Positions 29,736-42,682 of a stretch of 51,379 nt of DNA are shown here, piece by piece. Below the pieces are notes generated by a model, which saw only the letters and a program-made list of their open reading frames with translations, did not search any database and was not told where the DNA came from. A program made the position numbers and the translations under genes. Source of the stretch: a gamma proteobacterium HTCC2207 (lineage in GTDB: Bacteria > Pseudomonadota > Gammaproteobacteria > Pseudomonadales > Porticoccaceae); the NCBI GenBank assembly GCA_905181925.1, contig CAJIZU010000001.1:1-51379 (forward strand), read 5' to 3'. Position 1 is the first letter of the stretch. Every line of letters begins with the position of its first letter.

Positions 29736-29998
29736 TTGAAATCCCTTCCGAACGCCTACCTAGTGCTACGCTCAACGCAGTAATTGAGGAGTATATCCTT
29801 CGCGAGGGCACTGATTATGGCGTTCAGGAGGTTAGCTTGCAGAGTAAAATACAACAGGTTGAGGGTCAGTTAGCACGTGGTGATGTATTAATTACCTATG
29901 ACCCGGCTACTGAGACATGTACTTTATTGACTCGGTATCAGTTCAGGCAGTTTACAGAGCAGCAGCGCAATAGTGGTTCGTGTGAACAGGATGCCTAA
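29732..29998 (+). CDS. yheU: YheU family protein (UPF0270)
   Basis: IEEYILREGTDYG motif; GTGA overlap with the upstream gene. Confidence 0.9.
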   Translation: MIEIPSERLPSATLNAVIEEYILREGTDYGVQEVSLQSKIQQVEGQLARGDVLITYDPATETCTLLTRYQFRQFTEQQRNSGSCEQDA

Positions 29999-31343
29999 AG
30001 ACAAGACGCTAACGGCTGGCAGAGCTTTTGAGAATTTGCAATCGGAGCTCCTTGGTGCGACGCAAATCCTGGTTGGATTTAGTGGTGGGCTAGATTCTTC
30101 GGTTTTACTAGATTTGTTAAACCAAACCATTCCCTCAGACAGGATAACAGCAGTCCATATTAACCATGGTTTGTCACCCAAGGCGTCTGAGTGGCAATTG
30201 CATGCAGAGCACTTTTGTCAAGAGAGAGGTATTGCATGCCATAGTGAAAGCGTTAAGGTTGAGTTTGATGGCAAAGGGCCTGAGGCTGCCGCTAGGCAAG
30301 CTAGATATGCTGTTTTTGAAAAATTGTTGCTCCAAGACGGTGTGTTACTGCTTGGGCATCATCAAGATGATCAGAGTGAGACCTTGCTATATCGGTTGAT
30401 GCGAAGTTCAGGGCCTCTTGGATTGTCAGGTATTCCAGTGAGGCGATCAATTGGTGCTGGGACCTTATATAGACCACTACTCACTTGGTCTAAAGAGTCT
30501 CTAAAGACCTATGCTTTAGATAAAAGTATTCAATGGGTCGAGGATGAGAGTAATAACTGCAACGACTATGACCGTAACTTTTTACGGAATCGTTTAATTC
30601 CAATCTTAGCTGAACGTTGGCCGGACTATCGCCAGCGTTTAAGTGGTGTGTCTGCGATAAGTCAAGATAGTGCAGAGCTCTGCAGAGATCTTGCTATTCA
30701 AGACCTGGCTTCGTTGCAATCAAGACCCGAGCGGGCCGGAGCCTCACTTCTCATAAATAGTTTTAATGATCTCAGCGGGGTTCGGCAAAAAAATGTCTTG
30801 CGACACTGGGCTGAAACCCAAGATCGATGTGCACCTAGTCAAAAAATCATCCACGAAATTATTAAAGCTGTTGTTGAAGCTCGGATTGATGCTTCGCCCA
30901 AGGTAATTTGTCAAGATACGGAATATCGTCGTTATGATGGACGTTTATATGTTCTAGACTCTCGTAAACTTGTTAGTCGGTCAGTTGAGCAACCCCTCGA
31001 TATATTGTGGCATGTTGATGAGGCCGTTAACCTTGGTGGTGGGATGCAGTTAGAAGCTATGCCTGCGCTGGGCGAGGGCTTGCGCATGCCACAAAGTGGT
31101 ACCTTTAGAATAGGTAATCGCCGGGGTGGTGAGCATTGTCACCCGGTGGGCCGATCGCACTCCAATAGTTTAAAAAAATGCCTTCAGGAGTTTGGCCTAG
31201 AGCCCTGGTGGCGAGACAGAGTTCCGCTCATATTTTTAGATCAACAGCTCATCGCTGTAGCAGATCTGTGGGTCTGCGAGAATTGGCAGGTACAGCCGGA
31301 AGAGATTGGTATTAAAATCCAGTGGCACGACAACTCTTTGTAG
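29991..31343 (+). CDS. tilS: tRNA(Ile)-lysidine synthetase
   Basis: SGGLDS PP-loop, HINHGL, EAAARQARY, GHHQDDQSET and RNFLR motifs; start placed at ATG 29991. Confidence 0.96.
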   Translation: MPKDKTLTAGRAFENLQSELLGATQILVGFSGGLDSSVLLDLLNQTIPSDRITAVHINHGLSPKASEWQLHAEHFCQERGIACHSESVKVEFDGKGPEAAARQARYAVFEKLLLQDGVLLLGHHQDDQSETLLYRLMRSSGPLGLSGIPVRRSIGAGTLYRPLLTWSKESLKTYALDKSIQWVEDESNNCNDYDRNFLRNRLIPILAERWPDYRQRLSGVSAISQDSAELCRDLAIQDLASLQSRPERAGASLLINSFNDLSGVRQKNVLRHWAETQDRCAPSQKIIHEIIKAVVEARIDASPKVICQDTEYRRYDGRLYVLDSRKLVSRSVEQPLDILWHVDEAVNLGGGMQLEAMPALGEGLRMPQSGTFRIGNRRGGEHCHPVGRSHSNSLKKCLQEFGLEPWWRDRVPLIFLDQQLIAVADLWVCENWQVQPEEIGIKIQWHDNSL

Positions 31344-31434
31344 AATCGTAGAAGCCTTTCTGTTAATCTATTATACCATCTTGACTAGGATGGTCGTTGG
31401 CCAACTTCGCGGCCAAACGAACTCCAAAAGATAA

Positions 31435-33105
<1,671 letters not shown>

Positions 33106-33112
33106 GAGTTGA

Positions 33113-33967
<855 letters not shown>

Positions 33968-34047
33968 TAAGGCCGGGCTAGTGTTGCCTTCTTGCCGATT
34001 CATAAAATAATATATCATCTCCATGATGGAGATATGACTAACATTAA

Positions 34048-35355
<1,308 letters not shown>

Positions 35356-35407
35356 TGCTGACACGTTAAAACCATAGAAATATCATAAAATTGAATAGAA
35401 TTTCAAT

Positions 35408-35728
35408 ATGCGTTGGTTGCTGATACTACTGATAGTCTTATTGCTTGGTTTACAAGTGCGGTTGTGGGTGGGTGAGGGAAGCCTTGCACATAAATCGGAA
35501 TTAGATGCACAGCTTGACCAACAAAAAGTTAAAAACAAACGTTTGCGGCAACGTAACGAAGTTATAGCTAGAGATGTAGAGAGTTTGAAAACTAATCTGG
35601 ATGCTATTGAAGAGAAGGCGCGAGAGGACCTTGGTATGATCAAGCAAGGCGAAGTGTTTTATCTGGTAACTGATGAGAAAGCCAGTATCTTGCAGGATAG
35701 CCTTCCAGAGGGGAAAACGTCACCATGA
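35408..35728 (+). CDS. ftsB: Cell division protein FtsB
   Basis: N-terminal TM, LWVGEGS, coiled coil, EEKAREDLGMIK. Confidence 0.93.
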   Translation: MRWLLILLIVLLLGLQVRLWVGEGSLAHKSELDAQLDQQKVKNKRLRQRNEVIARDVESLKTNLDAIEEKAREDLGMIKQGEVFYLVTDEKASILQDSLPEGKTSP

Positions 35729-36444
35729 CTGCTGCTTTTCCAAATTACTGGGCTATTGTTCCCGCCGCGGGTGTAGGCAAGCGGTTTTCTGCAGATATTC
35801 CAAAACAGTTTCATCAGCTGAAGGGTGACCTGGTGGCACAACATACCCTCAGCAGATTATTAAAGATCCCTCTAATTAAGGGAATTGTTGCTCCATGTGA
35901 TCCTACATCAGGTTATTGGTCAAAGGTCAGTGCTGTAAAAAACCCTAGAGTGACTCTAACAGAGGGGGGAGAAACACGGGCTAAATCTGTATTAAATGGT
36001 CTAATTATGCTCTCTAATGTGGCCGAGCTAGATGACTGGGTATTGGTTCATGATATGGCGAGACCCTGCGTAACCTCATCAGATATTATGAAGCTCATTA
36101 ATGGGTTAACAAACCATCCTGTGGGTGGTTTGTTAACGACACAAATTAATGAAACACTGAAGACGATAATGCCGGACAACCATGTCCAAGCAACCGTTAA
36201 TCGCGAGGCGTATCGAGCCGCCAAAACGCCGCAAATGTTTCGATATGGCATATTGCGGGACGCAATTGAATTGATGATTCAGGATCAGAAAATACCGACT
36301 GATGAGGCTTCCGCAGTAGAATATTCAAACCATAAAGTCCTTAGCATCGAAGGAAGACATGACAATATAAAGATTACTCGCCGAGAGGATCTGATGATAG
36401 CTGAAGTCATTTTGATAAATCAGGAGAATGAGAGATGCGTATAG
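35725..36444 (+). CDS. ispD: 2-C-methyl-D-erythritol 4-phosphate cytidylyltransferase
   Basis: PAAGVGKRF...[18 protein letters not shown] and NIKIT motifs. Confidence 0.96.
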   Translation: MTAAFPNYWAIVPAAGVGKRFSADIPKQFHQLKGDLVAQHTLSRLLKIPLIKGIVAPCDPTSGYWSKVSAVKNPRVTLTEGGETRAKSVLNGLIMLSNVAELDDWVLVHDMARPCVTSSDIMKLINGLTNHPVGGLLTTQINETLKTIMPDNHVQATVNREAYRAAKTPQMFRYGILRDAIELMIQDQKIPTDEASAVEYSNHKVLSIEGRHDNIKITRREDLMIAEVILINQENERCV

Positions 36445-36914
36445 GCCACGGTTTCGATGTCCATGCTTTTGGTGTTGGTGACGCATTAATCCTAGGTGGC
36501 GTTTCTATTCCATTCGAGCATGCGTTCATTGCCCATTCTGACGGTGATGTTTTAACTCACGCTTTTATGGACGCTATACTGGGAGCTTTGAGTCTCGGAG
36601 ATATAGGCCGACATTTTCCCGATACCGACCCCAAATATAGCGGTTGTAATAGCCTTGGTTTGCTATCTGAAGTCGCACAGATGATGACGTCCCGAGGTTA
36701 TCGCATTGGTAATGCTGATCTGACGATTGTTGCTCAGAAACCCAAAATGGCGCCGCATATAATTCACATGATAGAAAAACTTACTACAGTCCTGGCCTGT
36801 GATTATGACCAGATTAACATTAAGGCCACCACATCGGAGAGTCTTGGCTTTACCGGTCGCGGTGAAGGTATTGCTTGCCATGCGTCGGTTCTTTTAGAAT
36901 CAGTGTCTGACTGA
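36435..36914 (+). CDS. ispF: MECDP synthase
   Basis: [16 protein letters not shown] and GDIGRHFPD motifs. Confidence 0.98.
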   Translation: MRIGHGFDVHAFGVGDALILGGVSIPFEHAFIAHSDGDVLTHAFMDAILGALSLGDIGRHFPDTDPKYSGCNSLGLLSEVAQMMTSRGYRIGNADLTIVAQKPKMAPHIIHMIEKLTTVLACDYDQINIKATTSESLGFTGRGEGIACHASVLLESVSD

Positions 36915-36936
36915 ACTAACTATAGAGATTTTTCCT

Positions 36937-37893
36937 ATCAGCTCCCGTAACTTTGATTTCAAAACGCTACCCTATTTACACGGCGCGCCTTTGGCGACAG
37001 CCTTATTTCGCTGTTGCCCAGAGGATTTTGTTGTCGATGAAATCCTTGATATCAAGCCTACTGGTGAGGGTGAGCATTTATGGCTTCTAGTGAGTAAGCG
37101 TGACCAAAATACGACTTGGGTGGCTGGATTGCTGGCTAAACTAGCCGGTATCCCGCGAAATGATGTTGGATTTTGTGGGATGAAAGATCGGTTTGCTGTT
37201 ACCAGTCAGTGGTTTAGTTTACATATTCCAGGGCGCGATTTAGATCTGAACTGTTTGGCCCATGATGATTTCAAGATTTTAAAAACAGCTCGCCATAACA
37301 AAAAATTGCGGCGGGGCATGCATCAGGGTAATCAGTTCAAAATAGTGTTGCAGGACTTCTCAGTGACTGATGCGTCATTTAGGGAGCGAATTGATCTGAT
37401 TATTGAGAAAGGTGTCCCCAATTACTTTGGAGAGCAGCGATTTGGGCACGATGGGAATAATCTCAATGAAGTTCAAAAACTGATCCAAACAGATAAACTC
37501 AAAGGTAATCGACACGGCACAGGCTTATATTTGTCTGCGGCCCGCTCTTGGTTGTTTAACTTGGTGGCTGCCAAACGGTTAATGTTGTCCAATAATGATC
37601 TTGCTGGAGAGACGGGTCCACTTTGGGGGCGAGGTCGTTCCGTCACTGAGGGACAAATAGCCGATATCGAAAATGATGTTTTAGATGATTGGAAAGACTG
37701 GTGTTACGCTCTTGAGCATGCAGGTTTAAAGCAACAGCGTCGTGAACTGATTATGCGCGTAGATAATTTGACGGCTGAATGGATTGACGCTGATAAGCTA
37801 CGGTTAGAGTTTAGCCTTTCCAGTGGGTGTTATGCGACAACCTTGATGAGAGAGATTGCAGAATTATCTCGCCCTACGAACTTTGCCCTATGA
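36937..37893 (+). CDS. truD: tRNA pseudouridine(13) synthase TruD; start uncertain (non-canonical)
   Basis: PEDFVVDE, GEGEH, GMKD, GNQF, PNYFGEQRFG and GCYAT motifs. Homology extends upstream of the first TTG (36991); candidate starts are CTG 36907, ATT 36928 and ATC 36937. Confidence 0.93.
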   Translation: MSSRNFDFKTLPYLHGAPLATALFRCCPEDFVVDEILDIKPTGEGEHLWLLVSKRDQNTTWVAGLLAKLAGIPRNDVGFCGMKDRFAVTSQWFSLHIPGRDLDLNCLAHDDFKILKTARHNKKLRRGMHQGNQFKIVLQDFSVTDASFRERIDLIIEKGVPNYFGEQRFGHDGNNLNEVQKLIQTDKLKGNRHGTGLYLSAARSWLFNLVAAKRLMLSNNDLAGETGPLWGRGRSVTEGQIADIENDVLDDWKDWCYALEHAGLKQQRRELIMRVDNLTAEWIDADKLRLEFSLSSGCYATTLMREIAELSRPTNFAL

Positions 37894-37971
37894 TATATTG
37901 GAGTGTGAAGACTGTATGAAAATGAGACTTTTAACAGCCGGCGTACTGGCTGATTTTTTCAGGAGAAATAG

Positions 37972-38643
37972 GTGAATTCGACAGAAATGGCGGGTATCGG
38001 GATGACTTCCCAGCGGACCCGAGAGCGCCTAATTAGTCGATTGATCGAGCAAGGGATTACCAACCAAAAAGTATTGGATGTTATCAGAATGACACCCAGA
38101 CATATTTTTCTAGATGAAGCTTTGTCGCACCGAGCCTACGAAGACACTGCCCTACCTATTGGGTTTGCGCAAACATTATCTCAACCGTATATCGTTGCCA
38201 GAATGACTGAAATTCTCCTCTCCCAAGGGCCACTAAAAAAAGTATTAGAGATTGGAACCGGATCGGGCTATCAAGGGGCTGTTTTAGCTCAGTTAGCGGA
38301 GCAGGTATATAGTGTAGAACGTATCGAGCCGCTTTTGAATAAGGCTAAGCAAAGGTTTAGAAAGCTCGGACTCAGCAATATATCTGCGCACCTATCGGAT
38401 GGATGTTTTGGCTGGGAAAAACAGGCGCCCTATGATGGCATTATAACGACAGCTGCACCGCAATCTATACCTGAGAGTCTCTTAGATCAGTTGGCACCCA
38501 ACGGTATATTGGTGATTCCAGTAGGCAGTGGAGACGATCAGGATTTGAGTGTGGTCAGACGAATTGGGAATTCTTGTGAGTTCGACCAGACGATTGTTGA
38601 GAAAGTTAAATTTGTTCCTCTACTGGGTGGCCTATCCAGGTAG
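37972..38643 (+). CDS. pcm: Protein-L-isoaspartate O-methyltransferase
   Basis: [17 protein letters not shown] and [11 protein letters not shown] motifs; GTG start with AGGAG. Confidence 0.97.
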   Translation: MNSTEMAGIGMTSQRTRERLISRLIEQGITNQKVLDVIRMTPRHIFLDEALSHRAYEDTALPIGFAQTLSQPYIVARMTEILLSQGPLKKVLEIGTGSGYQGAVLAQLAEQVYSVERIEPLLNKAKQRFRKLGLSNISAHLSDGCFGWEKQAPYDGIITTAAPQSIPESLLDQLAPNGILVIPVGSGDDQDLSVVRRIGNSCEFDQTIVEKVKFVPLLGGLSR

Positions 38644-38662
38644 TTGATAAAAAGGATGTCAG

Positions 38663-39598
38663 ATGAGAACTACTGCTAACAATATGTTGTTATTTTTAAA
38701 GGGTCTGGCTATGGGTGCAGCAGATGTCGTTCCTGGTATTTCAGGAGGAACGGTTGCCTTTATTACGGGCATTTATATTGAGTTGGTTGCTACTATAAAA
38801 TCCTTTGATATCACCGCACTAAAATTATTAAAATCTGATGGCCTACGGGCTGCCTGGCACCATATTAATGGCAATTTTCTTGTCGTGTTGTTGGCCGGCA
38901 TCCTCACTAGTGTATTTTCTTTAGCGCAGATTATGCATTACCTTTTGTTGGAGCATGGAGTGCCCCTGTGGTCGTTTTTCAGCGGTTTAATCATAGGCTC
39001 GGTTATTTTGCTTTTGCGTCAAAATCCACCGGCGAAAATATCTGAAAAGTTACTGTTTTTTGTTGGGGTCTTGATAGCTTACGGTATTTCAATCGCACCA
39101 TCCGTGGTGTTGGAAGGGTCGGTGATGACTATGTTCTTTGCCGGTGCTATCGCGCTCTGTGCAATGATTCTGCCAGGAATCTCTGGTTCATTCATCCTTG
39201 TTCTTTTGGGACTCTATCCTGTATTTATTAGTGCCATAGCTAACTTAGAAATTGACCTTCTACTTGCTTTTTCGGTAGGTGGAATTATCGGTTTAATGCT
39301 ATTCAGTCGATTTTTGTCATGGTTGTTAGCAAGCTTTCAGTCGGCAGTAATAGCTTTAATGTGCGGGTTTTTAGTCGGTAGCTTGAGTATTATTTGGCCT
39401 TGGAAAAGTACGCTTTATCAGGAGGTTTCTAATGCAGGAGAGAGTTTAACTAAGGTTACTGAGAATATACTGCCTAATCAATTTTTAGAGATTACAGGTC
39501 ATGATCCGCAAACTCTGCTGTGTTTATTGGTATTTTGCTTTGGATTCGCAATCGTTTTAAGTGCAGAGTTTCTTGGCAAGATCCGGCGCGATGCGTAA
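38663..39598 (+). CDS. DUF368 family membrane protein (undecaprenyl-phosphate translocase family)
   Basis: KGLAMGAADVVPGISGGTVA and a second AMILPGISGS repeat; polytopic membrane protein. Confidence 0.92.
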   Translation: MRTTANNMLLFLKGLAMGAADVVPGISGGTVAFITGIYIELVATIKSFDITALKLLKSDGLRAAWHHINGNFLVVLLAGILTSVFSLAQIMHYLLLEHGVPLWSFFSGLIIGSVILLLRQNPPAKISEKLLFFVGVLIAYGISIAPSVVLEGSVMTMFFAGAIALCAMILPGISGSFILVLLGLYPVFISAIANLEIDLLLAFSVGGIIGLMLFSRFLSWLLASFQSAVIALMCGFLVGSLSIIWPWKSTLYQEVSNAGESLTKVTENILPNQFLEITGHDPQTLLCLLVFCFGFAIVLSAEFLGKIRRDA

Positions 39599-40481
39599 AG
39601 ACGGCGTTAACTCCGTGATAAGAATAGCCGTTATGATACTGCTACTATCTTTTTTGTCTGGGTGTTCTAGTAGTCCGGCTGGTATCAGTGATCGTGGCCA
39701 GCCTCCGAGCATAAAAATTAAAACGCATCGGGTAGATGTTGGGGAAACACTGTACTCCATTGCTTGGCGATATGACCTGAATGTTAGTGAGCTTGCACGT
39801 GCAAATTCGATGAGCGCTCCTTATATCATTAACCCAGGCCAAAAGCTCAGTTTAGTTTTAGCAAAGAAAGGTTTTGCAGTAAACTCTGTGACCCGACACG
39901 CAGTCACTGTGGGGGATACCTTATTTTCAATCGCATCCAAATATGGATTAGCGGTGGGAACCTTGGCTCGGATCAATCACTTGAAGCCTCCTTATGTTAT
40001 CAAACTAGGACAAATAATAACTGTCGACTCACGATTTCCAGGCCCGGCTCAGCCGAAAGCTGCTAACATCGCAGGGAGTAGCACGACAATACAATCTCAG
40101 TCGACGAAAAAACCGCTTGTTTACAATAAAAATTGGCAATGGAAATGGCCTATTGTCGGACAAGTGGTCGAGACGTTTAATCCTGACAAGCTACAAAAAG
40201 GTATAAAAATAAAATCGAGTAATGGCACGCAGGTTCGTGCAGCGGCCCCGGGACATGTTGTTTATGCCGGTTCAGGATTGCGTGGCTATGGAAGATTGAT
40301 TATTATTAAGCATAGTGATACTCTCCTAAGCGCTTATGCAAACAATGATTCACTATTGGTTAAAGTAGGTCAGTCGGTTAGTCAGACTGATGTGATTTCA
40401 AGTTTGGGCGTCGATGGAACAATGTATTTTGAAATCAGGAAAGATGGTGACCCTGTTAACCCGATAAGTTACCTGAAATAG
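39591..40481 (+). CDS. nlpD: NlpD-like lipoprotein (2 LysM + degenerate M23)
   Basis: LSGC lipobox; GETLYSIA and GDTLFSIA LysM repeats; WKWP...GYGRLIIIKH...SAYAN...YFEIR; upstream of rpoS. Confidence 0.9.
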   Translation: MRKDGVNSVIRIAVMILLLSFLSGCSSSPAGISDRGQPPSIKIKTHRVDVGETLYSIAWRYDLNVSELARANSMSAPYIINPGQKLSLVLAKKGFAVNSVTRHAVTVGDTLFSIASKYGLAVGTLARINHLKPPYVIKLGQIITVDSRFPGPAQPKAANIAGSSTTIQSQSTKKPLVYNKNWQWKWPIVGQVVETFNPDKLQKGIKIKSSNGTQVRAAAPGHVVYAGSGLRGYGRLIIIKHSDTLLSAYANNDSLLVKVGQSVSQTDVISSLGVDGTMYFEIRKDGDPVNPISYLK

Positions 40482-40567
40482 TCAGATTTTATTATTTCAA
40501 GTTCTTCAAGAATTGGCGTCTAGATTGGGCGCCATTATAAATTTAGTTTTGCAAAGGAGTTGCAAAG

Positions 40568-41497
40568 ATGGTTGAAGATGCAGTTGGCGACGAATTTGAG
40601 GCGCTGTCCTTAGTCGCTAGAAAGAATAAAGCAAGTGAAAGTCCGGCCCGTCGAGTTGTCGACGCGACCAGTATTTATCTCAAAGAAATTGGCTTTGTGC
40701 CTCTCTTAACCGCTTCGGAAGAAGTCCTCTACTCCCGAAAATTCCAGCAGGGTTGCGAACGTTCTCGTCAAATGATGATAGAGAGTAACTTACGTTTGGT
40801 GGTTAAAATTTCGCGTCGTTACCTTAATCGGGGCCTAGAGTTGTTGGACCTGATCGAAGAAGGGAATATAGGATTGATGCGAGCGGTAGAAAAATTTGAT
40901 CCAGAGTTGGGTTATCGCTTCTCGACATATGCTACGTGGTGGATTAGGCAAACAATCGAGCGCGCAATAATGAATCAAACGCGGACGATTAGGTTACCTG
41001 TCCACGTGGTCAAGGAATTAAATATTTATTTGCGTGCCTCACGGAAGTTAGCTCAAAGGCTAGATCATGACCCAACACCGGAAGAAATTGCTGCTGAGGT
41101 CAATAAACCAATTAAAGATGTACTTAAAATTCTTAGTCTTAGTGAGCGAGTTTCGTCCATTGATGCGCAGATAGCTGATCAAGATAAAGCGCTAATCGAT
41201 ACGGTAGCTGACATCTCAACGTTAAGTCCAGAGAGTCAGGCCGAGACCAATAATTTGTCCTCAGTTTTAGAGGGATGGTTGCAGCAACTGCCTGAGAAGC
41301 AAAGGGAAGTGCTGGTTCGACGATTTGGTTTAATGCACCATAATGAGCAGACGCTAGAGCATATTGGGTCCGAGATCGGTTTGACCAGAGAAAGGGTGCG
41401 TCAGATTCAAGTAGACGGATTACGCAGGTTACGCGATTTACTCCACCAACATGATTTAAGTAGCGATGATCTTTTTGAAGAGTTGTTTAAACACTAA
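40568..41497 (+). CDS. rpoS: RNA polymerase sigma factor RpoS
   Basis: [46 protein letters not shown] and [11 protein letters not shown] motifs; nlpD-rpoS synteny. Confidence 0.96.
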   Translation: MVEDAVGDEFEALSLVARKNKASESPARRVVDATSIYLKEIGFVPLLTASEEVLYSRKFQQGCERSRQMMIESNLRLVVKISRRYLNRGLELLDLIEEGNIGLMRAVEKFDPELGYRFSTYATWWIRQTIERAIMNQTRTIRLPVHVVKELNIYLRASRKLAQRLDHDPTPEEIAAEVNKPIKDVLKILSLSERVSSIDAQIADQDKALIDTVADISTLSPESQAETNNLSSVLEGWLQQLPEKQREVLVRRFGLMHHNEQTLEHIGSEIGLTRERVRQIQVDGLRRLRDLLHQHDLSSDDLFEELFKH

Positions 41498-41514
41498 ACG
41501 CTAAACGCTAAATT
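41488..41514. repeat. Short 7-bp tandem repeat at the rpoS stop
   Basis: TAAACAC TAAACGC TAAACGC TAAATT. Confidence 0.6.
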
Positions 41515-41540
41515 GTAGACCCTCTCAAGAGAGGGTCTAC
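41515..41540. terminator. Hairpin between convergent rpoS and ppa (probable terminator)
   Basis: GTAGACCCTCT-CAAG-AGAGGGTCTAC is a perfect 11-bp stem; U tracts are weak on both strands. Confidence 0.7.
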
Positions 41541-41550
41541 GCTCATCAAA

Positions 41551-42084
41551 CTAATCTTGAGCGAGGTGGCGTTCTCGCGAAGCTAGGACTTCTCTCTTGG
41601 CGGCAGCCGCATCATCCCAGCCATCGACTTTCACCCACTTGCCAGGCTCTAGAGATTTATAGTTCTCAAAATAGTGGACAATTTGCTGGATTAGAAGCTC
41701 AGGAAGATCACTTGCTTCTTTTACATGGTCATAAATTTTAGTTAATTTAGAGTGCGGTACGGCCAACAATTTAGCATCAATCCCTGACTCATCACTCATA
41801 TTGAGCACACCTACTACGCGACTACGTATAACTGCTCCTGGCATCACTGGGTAAGGCGTAACTACCAACACATCTAATGGATCCCCATCTTCTGATAGCG
41901 TCTGTGGCACATACCCGTAGTTGGCTGGGTAAAACATAGGCGTTGCAACAAAGCGATCAACAAAAATGGCATCAGACTCTTTGTCCACTTCATATTTTAT
42001 GGGGTCATGATTTGCTGGAATTTCAATCACCACGTTTATATCATTTGGCAGGTCTTTACCAGCAGGAATATCGTTATAGCTCAT
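41551..42084 (-). CDS. ppa: Inorganic pyrophosphatase (family I)
   Basis: IKYEVDK, YPANYG, DGDPLD and FENYK motifs; start ATG 42084 (MSYNDIPAG). Confidence 0.97.
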   Translation of the reverse strand: MSYNDIPAGKDLPNDINVVIEIPANHDPIKYEVDKESDAIFVDRFVATPMFYPANYGYVPQTLSEDGDPLDVLVVTPYPVMPGAVIRSRVVGVLNMSDESGIDAKLLAVPHSKLTKIYDHVKEASDLPELLIQQIVHYFENYKSLEPGKWVKVDGWDDAAAAKREVLASRERHLAQD

Positions 42085-42126
42085 GTTATTAGGTCCGTAA
42101 TTTAGCGATTGATGTTTAATTAGCCG

Positions 42127-42155
42127 ATTATAACGATTTGTCAAAAAATTGGCTA
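42127..42155 (-). promoter_or_regulatory. Candidate sigma70 promoter of ppa
   Basis: Minus strand reads TAGCCA-17 bp-TATAAT, about 43 nt upstream of the ATG. Confidence 0.5.
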
Positions 42156-42388
42156 GGCGCTATCTATAGTTTGAGCGATCGTATTTGATTTATTCAGGGT
42201 AATCTATGGAAGAAAAGTGCTAATTTTAGAGGAGTTTCCTTGTCATAGCTGCAAGGGAGATGTGGCGGAATAAAAATATATCTAGGTTAAGCCAATAGGT
42301 TAGATAGTGTGAACTTCTTCGGAAACTGATCTAAATATTTGAGATGCCCTTTATGGCATGATAGAGAAGAAATCATACAGCACTTTAC

Positions 42389-42402
42389 ATGTCATATGAC
42401 AT
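42389..42402. promoter_or_regulatory. Perfect 14-bp palindrome, candidate operator
   Basis: ATGTCATATGACAT in the ppa/RND divergent intergenic region. Confidence 0.4.
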
Positions 42403-42682
42403 TTTTTAGTATGCTGTTTATGGTATTATAACGTGATTGAAAATGTCTCCCTATACGGCTGAATATATCTCCCTATCAAAATGGTGCGCTAGTATAATGA
42501 TCATCTGACTATTTTGAAACTGGTGGCTGAATCTATATTGATCGCCTAGAGAGTCATACGGAACTGACAAATAACAAAAACGCCCCACAAAGTATTCCGT
42601 ATACTATTAAAATTTTAGTAGTATTAGGTATTAAGGGCTTTTTGTTGGCTAGTTTAAAAAGTTTTAATTTGGGAGTTTTACT

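Noticed and set aside
41488-41540. Tandem 7-mers plus hairpin as a CRISPR or REP/MITE element
   Set aside because: No spacers, no second copy noticed in the window and no cas or transposase gene. Best explained as a terminator with a small slippage repeat.
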